From positions 12,288-76,287 of the forward strand of contig DAOUJS010000006.1 in the NCBI GenBank assembly GCA_034422355.1: a stretch of 64,000 bases of DNA. Reading direction: 5' to 3'. The notes under the pieces are model-generated. The model was given only the letters and a program-made list of their open reading frames with translations. It did no database searches and was not told the origin of the DNA. Positions 17,327 to 25,998 of the stretch are shown here, in pieces. Source of the stretch: Dehalococcoidia bacterium (GTDB lineage: Bacteria > Chloroflexota > Dehalococcoidia > Lucifugimonadales > UBA3495). The translations under genes were made by a program, and so were the position numbers. Numbering within the stretch: the first letter of the stretch is position 1; each line of letters opens with the position of its first letter.

Positions 17327-17547
17327 ATGTACATTGCCATTGAGATTGAAGAGTTGCCCGGCGGCAGCGTGCAGGGGTATTGCCCCGTCCTGGCCCTGAA
17401 CATCCGGTGGGAGCGGGGTGAACTGGCGTTTTACGACCCGGCAGCGGGACGTCCATCGCTGCCTTGGCAGACGAACGCGCCCGGGCCAATGCCGCAGGAG
17501 CAGAATTGGCAGCCTTGCGGGAGCAATTGTGCCGTTTGCAGGAATAA
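17327..17547 (+). pseudogene. C-terminal relic of a Uma2-family endonuclease gene (frameshifted)
   Basis: ...CPVLALNIRWERGELAFYDPAAG parallels SPALGMDLCWDDGRLRFYDPVTG of the intact Uma2 gene at 60986. After a frame change the tail reads SIAALADERARANAAGAELAALREQLCRLQE then a stop (TAA 17545-17547). This matches the coiled-coil tail of the intact copy. Confidence 0.45.
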
Positions 17548-17557
17548 CGGCCGCCCC

Positions 17558-19039
17558 TCACCCTTCTCTCTCCTCTCCCCTACTCCCGCTTCGCATCACC
17601 AGGGCCGGGACTACGGCCAGGAGGGCCGCCCCCGCGGAGACCCGGAAGAAGTCGTGGAGCAGGGCCAGCCCCGCGCCGGTGAGCCGGGCGCTGTACTCGG
17701 ACTGACGCGCCGCGAACTCTGCCGCAGGCTCGTCCAACCGGGCGATGGGAAACTCCAACCCCGCCGTCAACGCCTGGAAGTGTCCGATGCCCCACGCGCT
17801 CAAAGCTGCCAGCCCCAACGTCATCCCCAGCATCCGGGACACCACCACCAGCGACGCCGCCGTGGCCCGGTAGTCCTCCCCCACCGAATCCAGGGCGTGG
17901 GACACGATGGGCGTGAGCACCAGCCCGAACCCAAACCCGGCCAGGGCCAGGTGCAGTGTCAGTTCCGGGTCGGCTACCTCCAGGTCCCAGCCGGTGGCCA
18001 GCAGCATCCCGGCGGCCGCCATCGCCAGCCCCGCCAGCGTCACCGGCCTCACTCCCACCCGGACCAGCAGTAGCCCGCCAACCACCGCTCCCGCCGGGAC
18101 CGCCGCCGTCATCCGCAGCAGCCACATCGCCCCGGTCAGCGGGTCTTTTCCCATCACCGTGTTGGCCAGCAACGGCACCGTCACCATCGCCACGACCAGC
18201 GATGTCCCAACCAGGAGCTGCGTGGCGTTGGCCGACACGAAACCCAGGGAGCGGAACATTGCGGGAGTCAGCAACGGCTGCCAAGTCCGGGACTCCACCA
18301 GGGCCAGTACCACCAGCAGCCCCAGCGCGGCCGCGAGGGCCGCAAAGGGGAAGGGAGACGATAGCTGGAACAGGCTCTGCCGCGACAAGGCCAAGGACAA
18401 GACCAGCAGCGCCGCCACCAGCAGGCTGCCGCCCAGATAGTCCACCCGGGAGCTTGAGCCGGAACGGTTGGAGAGCCACATCAACCCCAGGAACAGCGCC
18501 GCCGCCTGGGGCACGTTGAGCCAGAATATCCACCGCCAGTCCAGCCACTCGATGATTGCCCCGCCGTAGGCCGGACCCAGCATCGACCCGGCCTCCGCCG
18601 ATGCGCCCACCACCCCCAAGGCCAGCCCCTGCTGACGGCGGGGCAGTGACCCGGCAGCGATGGCCATCCCGATGGGAACTGTCGCGCCTCCGCCCACGGC
18701 CTGCACCACCCTGGCCCCGACAATCCACTCGAAGTTGGGAGACACCGCCACCAGGCACGTCCCGGCGGCAAAGACCACGAGAGCCGCCTTGTAGGTCCGG
18801 GAGTAACCATACACATCCGCGATGCGCGCCACCACGGGCATGGCGACGGTGTAGCCCAGCAGGTACACGGTAACGATCCAGGAGGCGCGGTCAAGCTCCA
18901 CGAGGGGGATCCGTAGGTCGCGCATCACGCTGGGCAGGGCCGTCACTACCACCGTCTGGTCCAGCGCGGTCACAAACGCGCCCAGCCCAACCAAGGCCAG
19001 CGTGACGTATGGAGGAAGAATTGCCCGGCGGCCCGTCAT
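17558..19039 (-). CDS. MFS transporter (DHA2/EmrB-QacA-like, ~14 TMS)
   Basis: 493 aa, strongly hydrophobic. LDQTVVVTALPSVMRDL and GRIADVYGY-type motifs. Confidence 0.9.
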   Translation of the reverse strand: MTGRRAILPPYVTLALVGLGAFVTALDQTVVVTALPSVMRDLRIPLVELDRASWIVTVYLLGYTVAMPVVARIADVYGYSRTYKAALVVFAAGTCLVAVSPNFEWIVGARVVQAVGGGATVPIGMAIAAGSLPRRQQGLALGVVGASAEAGSMLGPAYGGAIIEWLDWRWIFWLNVPQAAALFLGLMWLSNRSGSSSRVDYLGGSLLVAALLVLSLALSRQSLFQLSSPFPFAALAAALGLLVVLALVESRTWQPLLTPAMFRSLGFVSANATQLLVGTSLVVAMVTVPLLANTVMGKDPLTGAMWLLRMTAAVPAGAVVGGLLLVRVGVRPVTLAGLAMAAAGMLLATGWDLEVADPELTLHLALAGFGFGLVLTPIVSHALDSVGEDYRATAASLVVVSRMLGMTLGLAALSAWGIGHFQALTAGLEFPIARLDEPAAEFAARQSEYSARLTGAGLALLHDFFRVSAGAALLAVVPALVMRSGSRGEEREG

Positions 19040-19142
19040 CGTGCCGCCGTCCTAGCGGGTAGAGATGTGGTTAGGATGGGTCAAACCGAGGGATGGCTGC
19101 AAGGTCTGTTAATGGGGATGGATTCGTATGCAAAGGGGCTGA

Positions 19143-19406
19143 CTACAACTCAAGCCCTTTAGCCAGCTTCTGCAAGGTCGCGTCGGCATCGAGGGCTTGC
19201 CGACGGGCCAGCACGTAGAGCCTTGCCAATTGCTCATCCTGTTCAGCAGTTGTATACGGATGGTAGAGAAACTCAACAGTCTCCCCCGACTCGTCAAGTA
19301 TTTCGAGACCGTAATGAATTGGCCCAGGATACTCCATATCCATAATCAAGACTGAAATTACGTCCACAGAGGTGACGAATCGATTATTTTGAGCCCCTTC
19401 CTCCAT
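19143..19406 (-). CDS. hypothetical small protein (low-GC islet)
   Basis: 87-aa ORF in a clearly lower-GC patch. No motif recognised. Confidence 0.4.
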   Translation of the reverse strand: MEEGAQNNRFVTSVDVISVLIMDMEYPGPIHYGLEILDESGETVEFLYHPYTTAEQDEQLARLYVLARRQALDADATLQKLAKGLEL

Positions 19407-19464
19407 TTCAGTCTACCCTCCGTCGTTCGTCGAACTAATCCTTCTAAAATTTGACCTATCTCGA

Positions 19465-19960
19465 TCATCTCGTCTCTCTTTGCGAACCACCGAACCCGAT
19501 ATTGCTCGCCATTTCTTCCACGTCACTCTGGATAGCATTCAGGCCCTCGTTAAACCGGAACCGGTCGTGATCGGGAATAGCACCGCTATCCCGACTGCGA
19601 ACGAAGTTTTCCATGTCTCGGATAATTATTCTCGCATTCGCCAGTTTCTCGCGGATATCGGACTGGTCTTCAGGAGAACGAGCTATGACGTCGGAGATCA
19701 TCACTCTCAACGTTTGGTAATGCTCTCGGGAAGCCTCCCATCGCCCATTGTCGTGCAAGGTCTTGATGCGCTCGATCAGCCCGCTCCAAGTCTACCGCCT
19801 GCAAATGGTGGGCTATTTGGTCCCTGTTCTCACTCGCCGCCTCTGAAGCAGACCTGGCGCCATGTGCTTCCCTAATGGCCCAAGCGAGGCCGACCAATGA
19901 GACGATGATCCCGAATGCTGTAGCTATATCGCCCCAAGTGACCGACCAGAACTCCGTCAT
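19465..19960 (-). CDS. hypothetical N-terminally membrane-anchored protein, split over two overlapping frames (possible frameshift)
   Basis: ORF 19670..19960 starts with a TM helix (WGDIATAFGIIVSLVGLAWAI). A second frame is open from 19791 to 19465 and reads more protein-like (GLIERIKTLHDNGRWEASREHYQTL...) than the Arg-rich tail of the first frame. Confidence 0.35.
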
Positions 19961-20073
19961 ACACTACGATTATATCTCTTTTCTCGCCAAGGAGCTTGAG
20001 CAATGAGTTCCGTCAGTATTCGCGCCATCCCTACCCCCTCTTAACGAACAATCGCACAACTTGGCGGCACACC

Positions 20074-20847
20074 TTACTTGGGGCGGCTGATGGTCACGGG
20101 GGCGTCGAAATCGCCCAACCGCAGGATGCGCACCGTCTCCAGCAGGTCGGTGTCCACCACCTGCCCGGCAATCCTGGCCTGTTTCAGCATCCCCGTCTGC
20201 ACGTCCAGCCACAGCCGCAGGTCTACCGGATGCCCTGTCCCGGCCGCGGGCGCAAGGCCCTTCAGATCGCCGGAGGTTACGCTGCCCTCGACCAGGTGGG
20301 ACGGTTCCCCGTCCAGGTCCATCGTGCCCTCCCAGCGTGGGGAGTCCATCGCATCGAGAATCTCCACCAGCGTCTCGCCAAGGTTGGACAGCGTTATCGG
20401 GACCATCATAACAGGCACCGCCCGCCATTGGCCCGAGACCATGTCTGTCATGTAGGCATCGCCGTCGATGGTAATGACCTCCACTTCCACGAATGCCCCC
20501 TGCAACGCCGCCACCGCATCGACCGTGAACTGTGACTTGGCCGGCAACTCCACCACCCCCGCCGCCCGGTCCATCTCCAGTCCCGGAAACAGCACCGTGG
20601 TCCCTACCTCGTGCTCCAGGGAAAACTCCGCTGTCTCAAGAGCCAGCAGCCCGTCCGCCGCCCGGCGCAGAAGTGATTCCGGGTCCGGCAGTGGCGTGGG
20701 AGTGGGCGGCGGCTCGGTCGGTGTTGCAGTGGGTAGTTGTCCGCACCCAGGCAAGGTCACGGCCAGCAGCAGCACAACCAGCGCCCCAACGAGGGGCCAT
20801 CGTGATTCTGTTGGAAGGAGGATGCGGGCCGACAACCTCGGCAGCAT
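20074..20847 (-). CDS. lipoprotein, LolA/LppX-LprAFG-like
   Basis: 257 aa. Signal plus lipobox LLLAVTLPGC. The size and beta-rich composition fit the family; the family assignment is tentative. Confidence 0.55.
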   Translation of the reverse strand: MLPRLSARILLPTESRWPLVGALVVLLLAVTLPGCGQLPTATPTEPPPTPTPLPDPESLLRRAADGLLALETAEFSLEHEVGTTVLFPGLEMDRAAGVVELPAKSQFTVDAVAALQGAFVEVEVITIDGDAYMTDMVSGQWRAVPVMMVPITLSNLGETLVEILDAMDSPRWEGTMDLDGEPSHLVEGSVTSGDLKGLAPAAGTGHPVDLRLWLDVQTGMLKQARIAGQVVDTDLLETVRILRLGDFDAPVTISRPK

Positions 20848-22262
20848 CAGTTCCAGGACCAGAAAGCCAGCTTGCCCGCCGCCACTTCCTGCACTGCCCC
20901 GCTTTCAACATCCAGCACGAAGACGCGGTCGCCCCGGGGCCCGTACCCGTTGACGCTGCCCGCCGCTGTTGATTCCCTCCCGGCGAACACAAGCCGGGTG
21001 CCATCGGGAGACCAGGGGGAGTGAGAGTAACCGTACTGGTCGAAGAACCAAAGCATGATGCCCGTGTCCGGCGACGGACGGAAACTGAACAACTGTACCG
21101 GCTCCGACCCGGCCCCCGTTTCCACCCACCACCTGGCCCGCTCCCCCGAATCGTCCAGGTCCAGCCACGCCAACTTGTCTCCCGAAGGCGACCAGTAAAA
21201 GCAGACAATCGCTCCCTCGGCAACGTCACGCACCGAGTCTCCGTCGCTGGCCACCACACGCAGCCGCTCAAACCCGGAGACTCCAGCCTCTCGCCCATCG
21301 ACCACGGCCAACTCTCCTCCAGCGGGCGACCAGGCGAAGGCTGCTGATCGTCCCACATCCGCCACCGCACGGGGCTCCGAGCCATCCCGCGACCGGGCCA
21401 GGTGCAGCGAGTCCTCCCCTTCCCGGCTCTCCACATAGGCCAACAGTTGCCTATCCGGTGACAGGGCCGGCACCCGGAACCCTACCAAGTCCGACGCCAG
21501 CACCGGCATGGGCACATCGTATGGCCTCCGCGCGACCAACAATTCCCCGCCCACGTGGATGGCTATCATCTCCCCGCCGGAACTCCAGTGAAAGTACAGA
21601 GGCGCACCCGTGGTAACGCGGACCGGAGCAGACCCGCCCTCCACGTCCACCACCCATAAGTCCAGTCCGTCCTGCCCGCCTGCCAGGATTCCCAGGGCAG
21701 CGCTGTCGGGAGACCAGTACAGGTAGTGGGGAGCGCCCTGCGCTACCAGGGCCGGGATATCATTCGTGAAGACCGTCCTAGACTGCCCCGTTGCAGCCTC
21801 GATGACCTCAACCGTCACCACCGCCTGCCCACCGGCCACCCCGACATGGGACGCCGCGATTTTCGTCCCGTCCGGCGACCACGTGGGCCAAGTGTACAGA
21901 TTGTCCCGCTCTGCGGGGCGGGAGAGCAGGCCCGCGGCCCTTCCCAGGTCCGCTGCTCCCGCCCCCGTCAGCCTTAGCTGGCCCGTGCCATCGCCATTGA
22001 TGGTGAAAATATCCCCGCCGTCGTCAACGTATACAATGCGGTCTACGGCCAACCCATCGTTCCTCGGCTCCTCTACCACGCCGTCTATCCCTCCGCCTGT
22101 AGTTGCCTTCGTCGCGCAGGCGATGGCCAGCAGGACTATTGCCAGCCCCGCCCATGCCCACTTCCCTGTCCAAAACTCCAGACCTGGGGTCATGTCACCA
22201 GCCGATTCGCCTGCTTTCAAAGACCGGGTCCCAGAATCTACCGCCATCCCTTTTGTTGCCAC
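20847..22262 (-). CDS. PD40/TolB-like WD40 beta-propeller repeat protein
   Basis: 471 aa. Repeated xWSPDG motifs (YWSPDSAALG, AWSPAGGELA, YWSPSGDKLA, PWSPDGTRLV). N-terminal TM/signal segment. The stop shares nucleotide 20847 with the downstream lipoprotein start codon (1-nt overlap). Confidence 0.8.
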   Translation of the reverse strand: MATKGMAVDSGTRSLKAGESAGDMTPGLEFWTGKWAWAGLAIVLLAIACATKATTGGGIDGVVEEPRNDGLAVDRIVYVDDGGDIFTINGDGTGQLRLTGAGAADLGRAAGLLSRPAERDNLYTWPTWSPDGTKIAASHVGVAGGQAVVTVEVIEAATGQSRTVFTNDIPALVAQGAPHYLYWSPDSAALGILAGGQDGLDLWVVDVEGGSAPVRVTTGAPLYFHWSSGGEMIAIHVGGELLVARRPYDVPMPVLASDLVGFRVPALSPDRQLLAYVESREGEDSLHLARSRDGSEPRAVADVGRSAAFAWSPAGGELAVVDGREAGVSGFERLRVVASDGDSVRDVAEGAIVCFYWSPSGDKLAWLDLDDSGERARWWVETGAGSEPVQLFSFRPSPDTGIMLWFFDQYGYSHSPWSPDGTRLVFAGRESTAAGSVNGYGPRGDRVFVLDVESGAVQEVAAGKLAFWSWN

Positions 22263-22686
22263 AGAATAGCACCGGCCACAGACCCTAGCAAACGCGGTTC
22301 ATCGCCGCCCAGGGCTTTCCCCTCACCTCTCTCCCTGGCAGGGGAGGCGTGACCTCCGGGCAATTCACTCTTAAAGGGGAAAGACCTTGACTACCGACCC
22401 ATAAGCATGGACACCTTCTCCCCAATCCTTGATAACTTGAGGGCCAATGGGAAAACAAAGCCACCGATGGTTAATCCCCTTGACCCCGCCATTGACAGCC
22501 CTCGCACAAGTGTGGGAACCGCCGCCCACCCCATAGATTTCTCCCACACGCACGGCAGCAACACCAACACCACTGTCCCGGTTGACCATGTTAAAATACT
22601 GGGCGTCAACCACATTTCCCTGTAGGCCCAGCTACGATTGTCCACGCCATCAACCCCATTACTACTGTTACCTTGCAGAAAATAAA

Positions 22687-23970
22687 ATGATAGACAGTGT
22701 TAGGTTAGATATAAAAGCCGGTAACGGGGGCAACGGATGCACCAGCTTCCTCCGGCAAAAGTACCACGCCCGAGGGGGGCCTGACGGGGGAGACGGTGGT
22801 CATGGAGGTAACGCATTTCTCCAGGGTGATCCGTCCTACAACACTCTGCTGCATCTGAGATTCACCAGCACTATCTACGTCGACCGCGGTGTCCACGGGA
22901 AGGGAAAGAACCAGACGGGCCGCAATGGACAGGACCAGACATTGAAAGTCCCCCTTGGCACCCAGGTATGGAGGCGGGAGCTGGACGGTACCCGTACATT
23001 GCTGGCGGACATCTGTGATGAGACCCCCGTGATGGTCGCGCAGGGCGGTCTAGGCGGTTGGGGGAATGCCCGGTACGTCTCCGCCACCAATCAGGAGCCG
23101 GTCCTCTCCCAGCGGGGGGGCGAGGGAGAGCGCGTGACCCTGTTCCTGGAGCTGAAGCTGCTGGCGGATGTGGCTTTGGTCGCCCGCCCCAACGCGGGCA
23201 AGTCCACCCTGATATCCCGGAGCACCGGCGCCAAGCCCAGGGTGGCGGACTACCCTTTTACCACCGTCGAGCCAGTGTTGGGCGTTGTGTACGTCCACGA
23301 CAGGGACTTCGTGCTGATGGAAATCCCCGGACTGCTGGAGGGCGCCCATCAGGGCATCGGATTGGGACACCAGTTCCTGCGGCACGCGGAGAGGGCGCGG
23401 TTGTACATTCACCTCGTGGACGGTCTGTCCGACGATGCCCTGGCCGACCTGGATATGATCAACGAGGAACTTCGCCAGTTCAGCCCCGATCTGGTGGAGA
23501 AGCCCCAGATTGTCGCCGTCAACAAGCTCGACGTGACCGAGGTGAGGGAGAAACGGGAGACCTTGTGCGCGGCCATACTGGAACGCCCAAGGCCGGGTGG
23601 TACGCCCCCGCAGGTGTTCTTCATCTCTGCCGTGACCGGGGAGGGTGTGGACGCCCTGATGTCGGCAGTGTTGCAGATGCTGGACACCCTGCCCAGGGAT
23701 ATTGCCGAGACCACCGTTACCGCTGAGGCCCCAACGGGAAGGCGGCGAATGGACCGGAGCAGCATGGTGACGGTGGAGAACGGCGTTTACGTGGTCCACT
23801 CCGAGCGGCTGGAGAGGCTGGTCGCCCTGGCCGACACCCGGGACGGCCGGGTCCTGCTGCAACTCTGGCGCGAGATGGGGCGCGACGGTATCGCCGCCCG
23901 TCTCGAGCAGGCGGGTATTGAGGCGGGGGATACCATCCGCATCGGGAAAGCGGAAGTTGAGTGGTTCTAG
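22687..23970 (+). CDS. obg: GTPase Obg/CgtA
   Basis: ATG at 22687 (MIDSVRLDIKAGNGGNGCTSFLR), Gly-rich Obg fold GGPDGGDGGHGG, G1 ARPNAGKST, G4 NKLD, C-terminal OCT-like domain. Confidence 0.95.
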   Translation: MIDSVRLDIKAGNGGNGCTSFLRQKYHARGGPDGGDGGHGGNAFLQGDPSYNTLLHLRFTSTIYVDRGVHGKGKNQTGRNGQDQTLKVPLGTQVWRRELDGTRTLLADICDETPVMVAQGGLGGWGNARYVSATNQEPVLSQRGGEGERVTLFLELKLLADVALVARPNAGKSTLISRSTGAKPRVADYPFTTVEPVLGVVYVHDRDFVLMEIPGLLEGAHQGIGLGHQFLRHAERARLYIHLVDGLSDDALADLDMINEELRQFSPDLVEKPQIVAVNKLDVTEVREKRETLCAAILERPRPGGTPPQVFFISAVTGEGVDALMSAVLQMLDTLPRDIAETTVTAEAPTGRRRMDRSSMVTVENGVYVVHSERLERLVALADTRDGRVLLQLWREMGRDGIAARLEQAGIEAGDTIRIGKAEVEWF

Positions 23971-24061
23971 GCCGGGTGACCCTAATACGGAGAACACTAC
24001 AGAGAACACTGCTCCAGACCGCTTTGCTGGCCGGGGAGCCGCGACGAGGATACGCCCCCCG

Positions 24062-24673
24062 ATGAAGCTGGGCATAATGGGCGGCACCTTCGACCCGGTC
24101 CACGTGGGACACCTGCTGATTGCCGAGAACGCCCGGCACGCTCTGGGTCTCGATCATGTGCTCTTCGTGCCGGCGGGCCGGCCGTGGCTGCGGGGTGATG
24201 CCAAAATCTCGGAAGCGCAGCACCGGATGAGGATGGTGGAGCTGGCCATCGACGGGAACCCGGCCTTCAGCGCCAGCGCCGTCGAGATAGACAGGCCCGG
24301 ACCCACCTACACGGTAGATACCCTTGAATCCCTCAAGGATGAGTACGGCGAGGATACGGAGTTCTTCTTCATAATAGGGACCGATGCTCTGGTCAACCTT
24401 GACCGCTGGAGGTCCCCGGCCCGCCTGTTCGAGCTTTGCACCCTGGCTATATTCGGCAGGAATGACGGGGAGGACTCGTTGACCCTGTCCTACCGCCTGA
24501 CGCACCAGTTTCCCCAGATCGTAGACGCAGTGGTGTGGATGGGGCGCAGCCTGACCAGCATCAGCAGTACGGACATCCGCCGCCGCATCGCCTCCGCCGA
24601 GCCGGTCCGCTACATGGTGCCCGGCGTCGTCGAGCAGTACATCCGCGAACACGGGCTCTACCTGCCGGATTAG
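24062..24673 (+). CDS. nadD: nicotinate-nucleotide adenylyltransferase
   Basis: ATG at 24062. MKLGIMGGTFDPVHVGHL (T/HxGH motif), ISSTDIRRR near the C-terminus. Confidence 0.9.
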   Translation: MKLGIMGGTFDPVHVGHLLIAENARHALGLDHVLFVPAGRPWLRGDAKISEAQHRMRMVELAIDGNPAFSASAVEIDRPGPTYTVDTLESLKDEYGEDTEFFFIIGTDALVNLDRWRSPARLFELCTLAIFGRNDGEDSLTLSYRLTHQFPQIVDAVVWMGRSLTSISSTDIRRRIASAEPVRYMVPGVVEQYIREHGLYLPD

Positions 24674-24774
24674 CGTTTCCCCAAAACCCTTGTAAGCCGG
24701 CTGCCCGCTATTGCCGCGACGGCTGAGATATGGTGTATCATCCCTGCTAACATTCTCCAAGAGGGTTATCGATT

Positions 24775-25341
24775 GTGGCGGGACATGCTGACCGGCTCCT
24801 GGATCTGGCAATGCGGATAGGGGCCTTGACCTACGGAGATTACACCCTGTCCTGGGGAGGCAAGTCCAGATTCTACTTCGACGGACGGTTGCTGACCCTG
24901 GAACCGGAGGGAGCATACATCATCGGCAAGTCCCTCCTGCCCTATGTCACTGGGGCAGGCGCAACTGCCGTGGGCGGCCCGACCCTGGGAGCAGATCCGA
25001 TGGTCGCCGCCATCGCCATGACCAGCCACATGGCGGGAGAGCATATCTGTGGCTTCATCGTGCGCAAAGAGACCAAGGGCCACGGGACCGGAAAGCTCAT
25101 CGAGGGGCCGCTGACCCCGGGCAGCAGGGTGGCCATCGTGGACGACACCTGCTCCACCGGCGGATCCCTGTTTCATGCCATCGCCGCCGCCGAGGATGCG
25201 GGCTGCGAGGTAGTGAAGGTGCTGTCGATCCTAGACCGGCGCGAGGGAGGCTCGGAGAAGCTCCAGGAGCGGGGCTACAACTTCTCCTCTCTGCTGGTGG
25301 CCACGCCCGGGGGCGAGATCATGGTGGCCCAGGACGCATAG
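24775..25341 (+). CDS. pyrE: orotate phosphoribosyltransferase
   Basis: 188 aa, GTG start. PRPP loop VAIVDDTCSTGGS. Confidence 0.9.
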   Translation: MAGHADRLLDLAMRIGALTYGDYTLSWGGKSRFYFDGRLLTLEPEGAYIIGKSLLPYVTGAGATAVGGPTLGADPMVAAIAMTSHMAGEHICGFIVRKETKGHGTGKLIEGPLTPGSRVAIVDDTCSTGGSLFHAIAAAEDAGCEVVKVLSILDRREGGSEKLQERGYNFSSLLVATPGGEIMVAQDA

Positions 25342-25362
25342 CCGGGCGAATCGGGAAGACTT

Positions 25363-25995
25363 CTACCCCCGACTTCTCCTGCGTGCGAACATTGCGCCGA
25401 CGGCGGCTAATACAGCCGCTGCCGCAACTATTGCCAGGATGATCGTCCGTGTGATGCGCGTCCCCGAGTCCTGGGGCTGCCCGGGCGATGTTCCGACCGT
25501 TCCGCCTTGAGGCGGATTCCCCTTGCCGAAGGCGTCAACGTCTTCTTGCGCTTCCTGCAGTAGGGCCGTGCGGCTGCAGATGTTCGCGCTGAGGTTGGGT
25601 ACATGCTCGGCAGCCTTGTAGGCGTAGACCACGTACTCCGCGCCCTCGACAAAGGCGAAGCCGCAGCTTCCGCCTGTCGGTGGGGTGGTGAGAGTGATGT
25701 TCTCCTCTACGGCGCCTTTCCAGACGGTGCTGACACTGAAGCCTACTGTGGTAATGTCACTGGGTGAGTAAGACAAAGCATTCGGGTCGAATGAGTGGTG
25801 GACTGACAGGACTCTCCCGGCAAATACGACGTCGAATTTCTCAATTTCCTCGGACGGGGAGCCGGGCACTACGCACTTGCAGGCGTAGGCCTGGTTCTTG
25901 TTGCCAAGGAGCCACAGGACAGCGAGCAGGAGGGCAAGGCCCGCCCCGGCTATGTACACGCCCCCTGTAATCGTGCCCTTGGGATTAGTGCGCAA
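25363..25995 (-). CDS. secreted, C-terminally membrane-anchored protein with TIMP/NTR-like N-terminal domain
   Basis: 210 aa. Signal sequence ending AYA followed by CKCVVPGSPSEEIEKFDVVFAGRV. Later GGSCGFAFVEGAEYVVYAYK and ICSRT. C-terminal TM helix plus RRRSRG. Confidence 0.55.
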   Translation of the reverse strand: MRTNPKGTITGGVYIAGAGLALLLAVLWLLGNKNQAYACKCVVPGSPSEEIEKFDVVFAGRVLSVHHSFDPNALSYSPSDITTVGFSVSTVWKGAVEENITLTTPPTGGSCGFAFVEGAEYVVYAYKAAEHVPNLSANICSRTALLQEAQEDVDAFGKGNPPQGGTVGTSPGQPQDSGTRITRTIILAIVAAAAVLAAVGAMFARRRSRG

Positions 25996-25998
25996 TAC

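Noticed and set aside
22371-22613. The 80-aa minus-strand ORF upstream of obg shows faint resemblance to ribosomal protein L27 (NRDS, FPIGPQV, GSVVKVF versus NGRDS, YPGxNVG, DGVVxF).
   Set aside because: The highly conserved L27 N-terminus (AHKKG) and RQRGT core are absent. The orientation is opposite to obg. The matches are few enough to be chance. It cannot be supported without a profile search.
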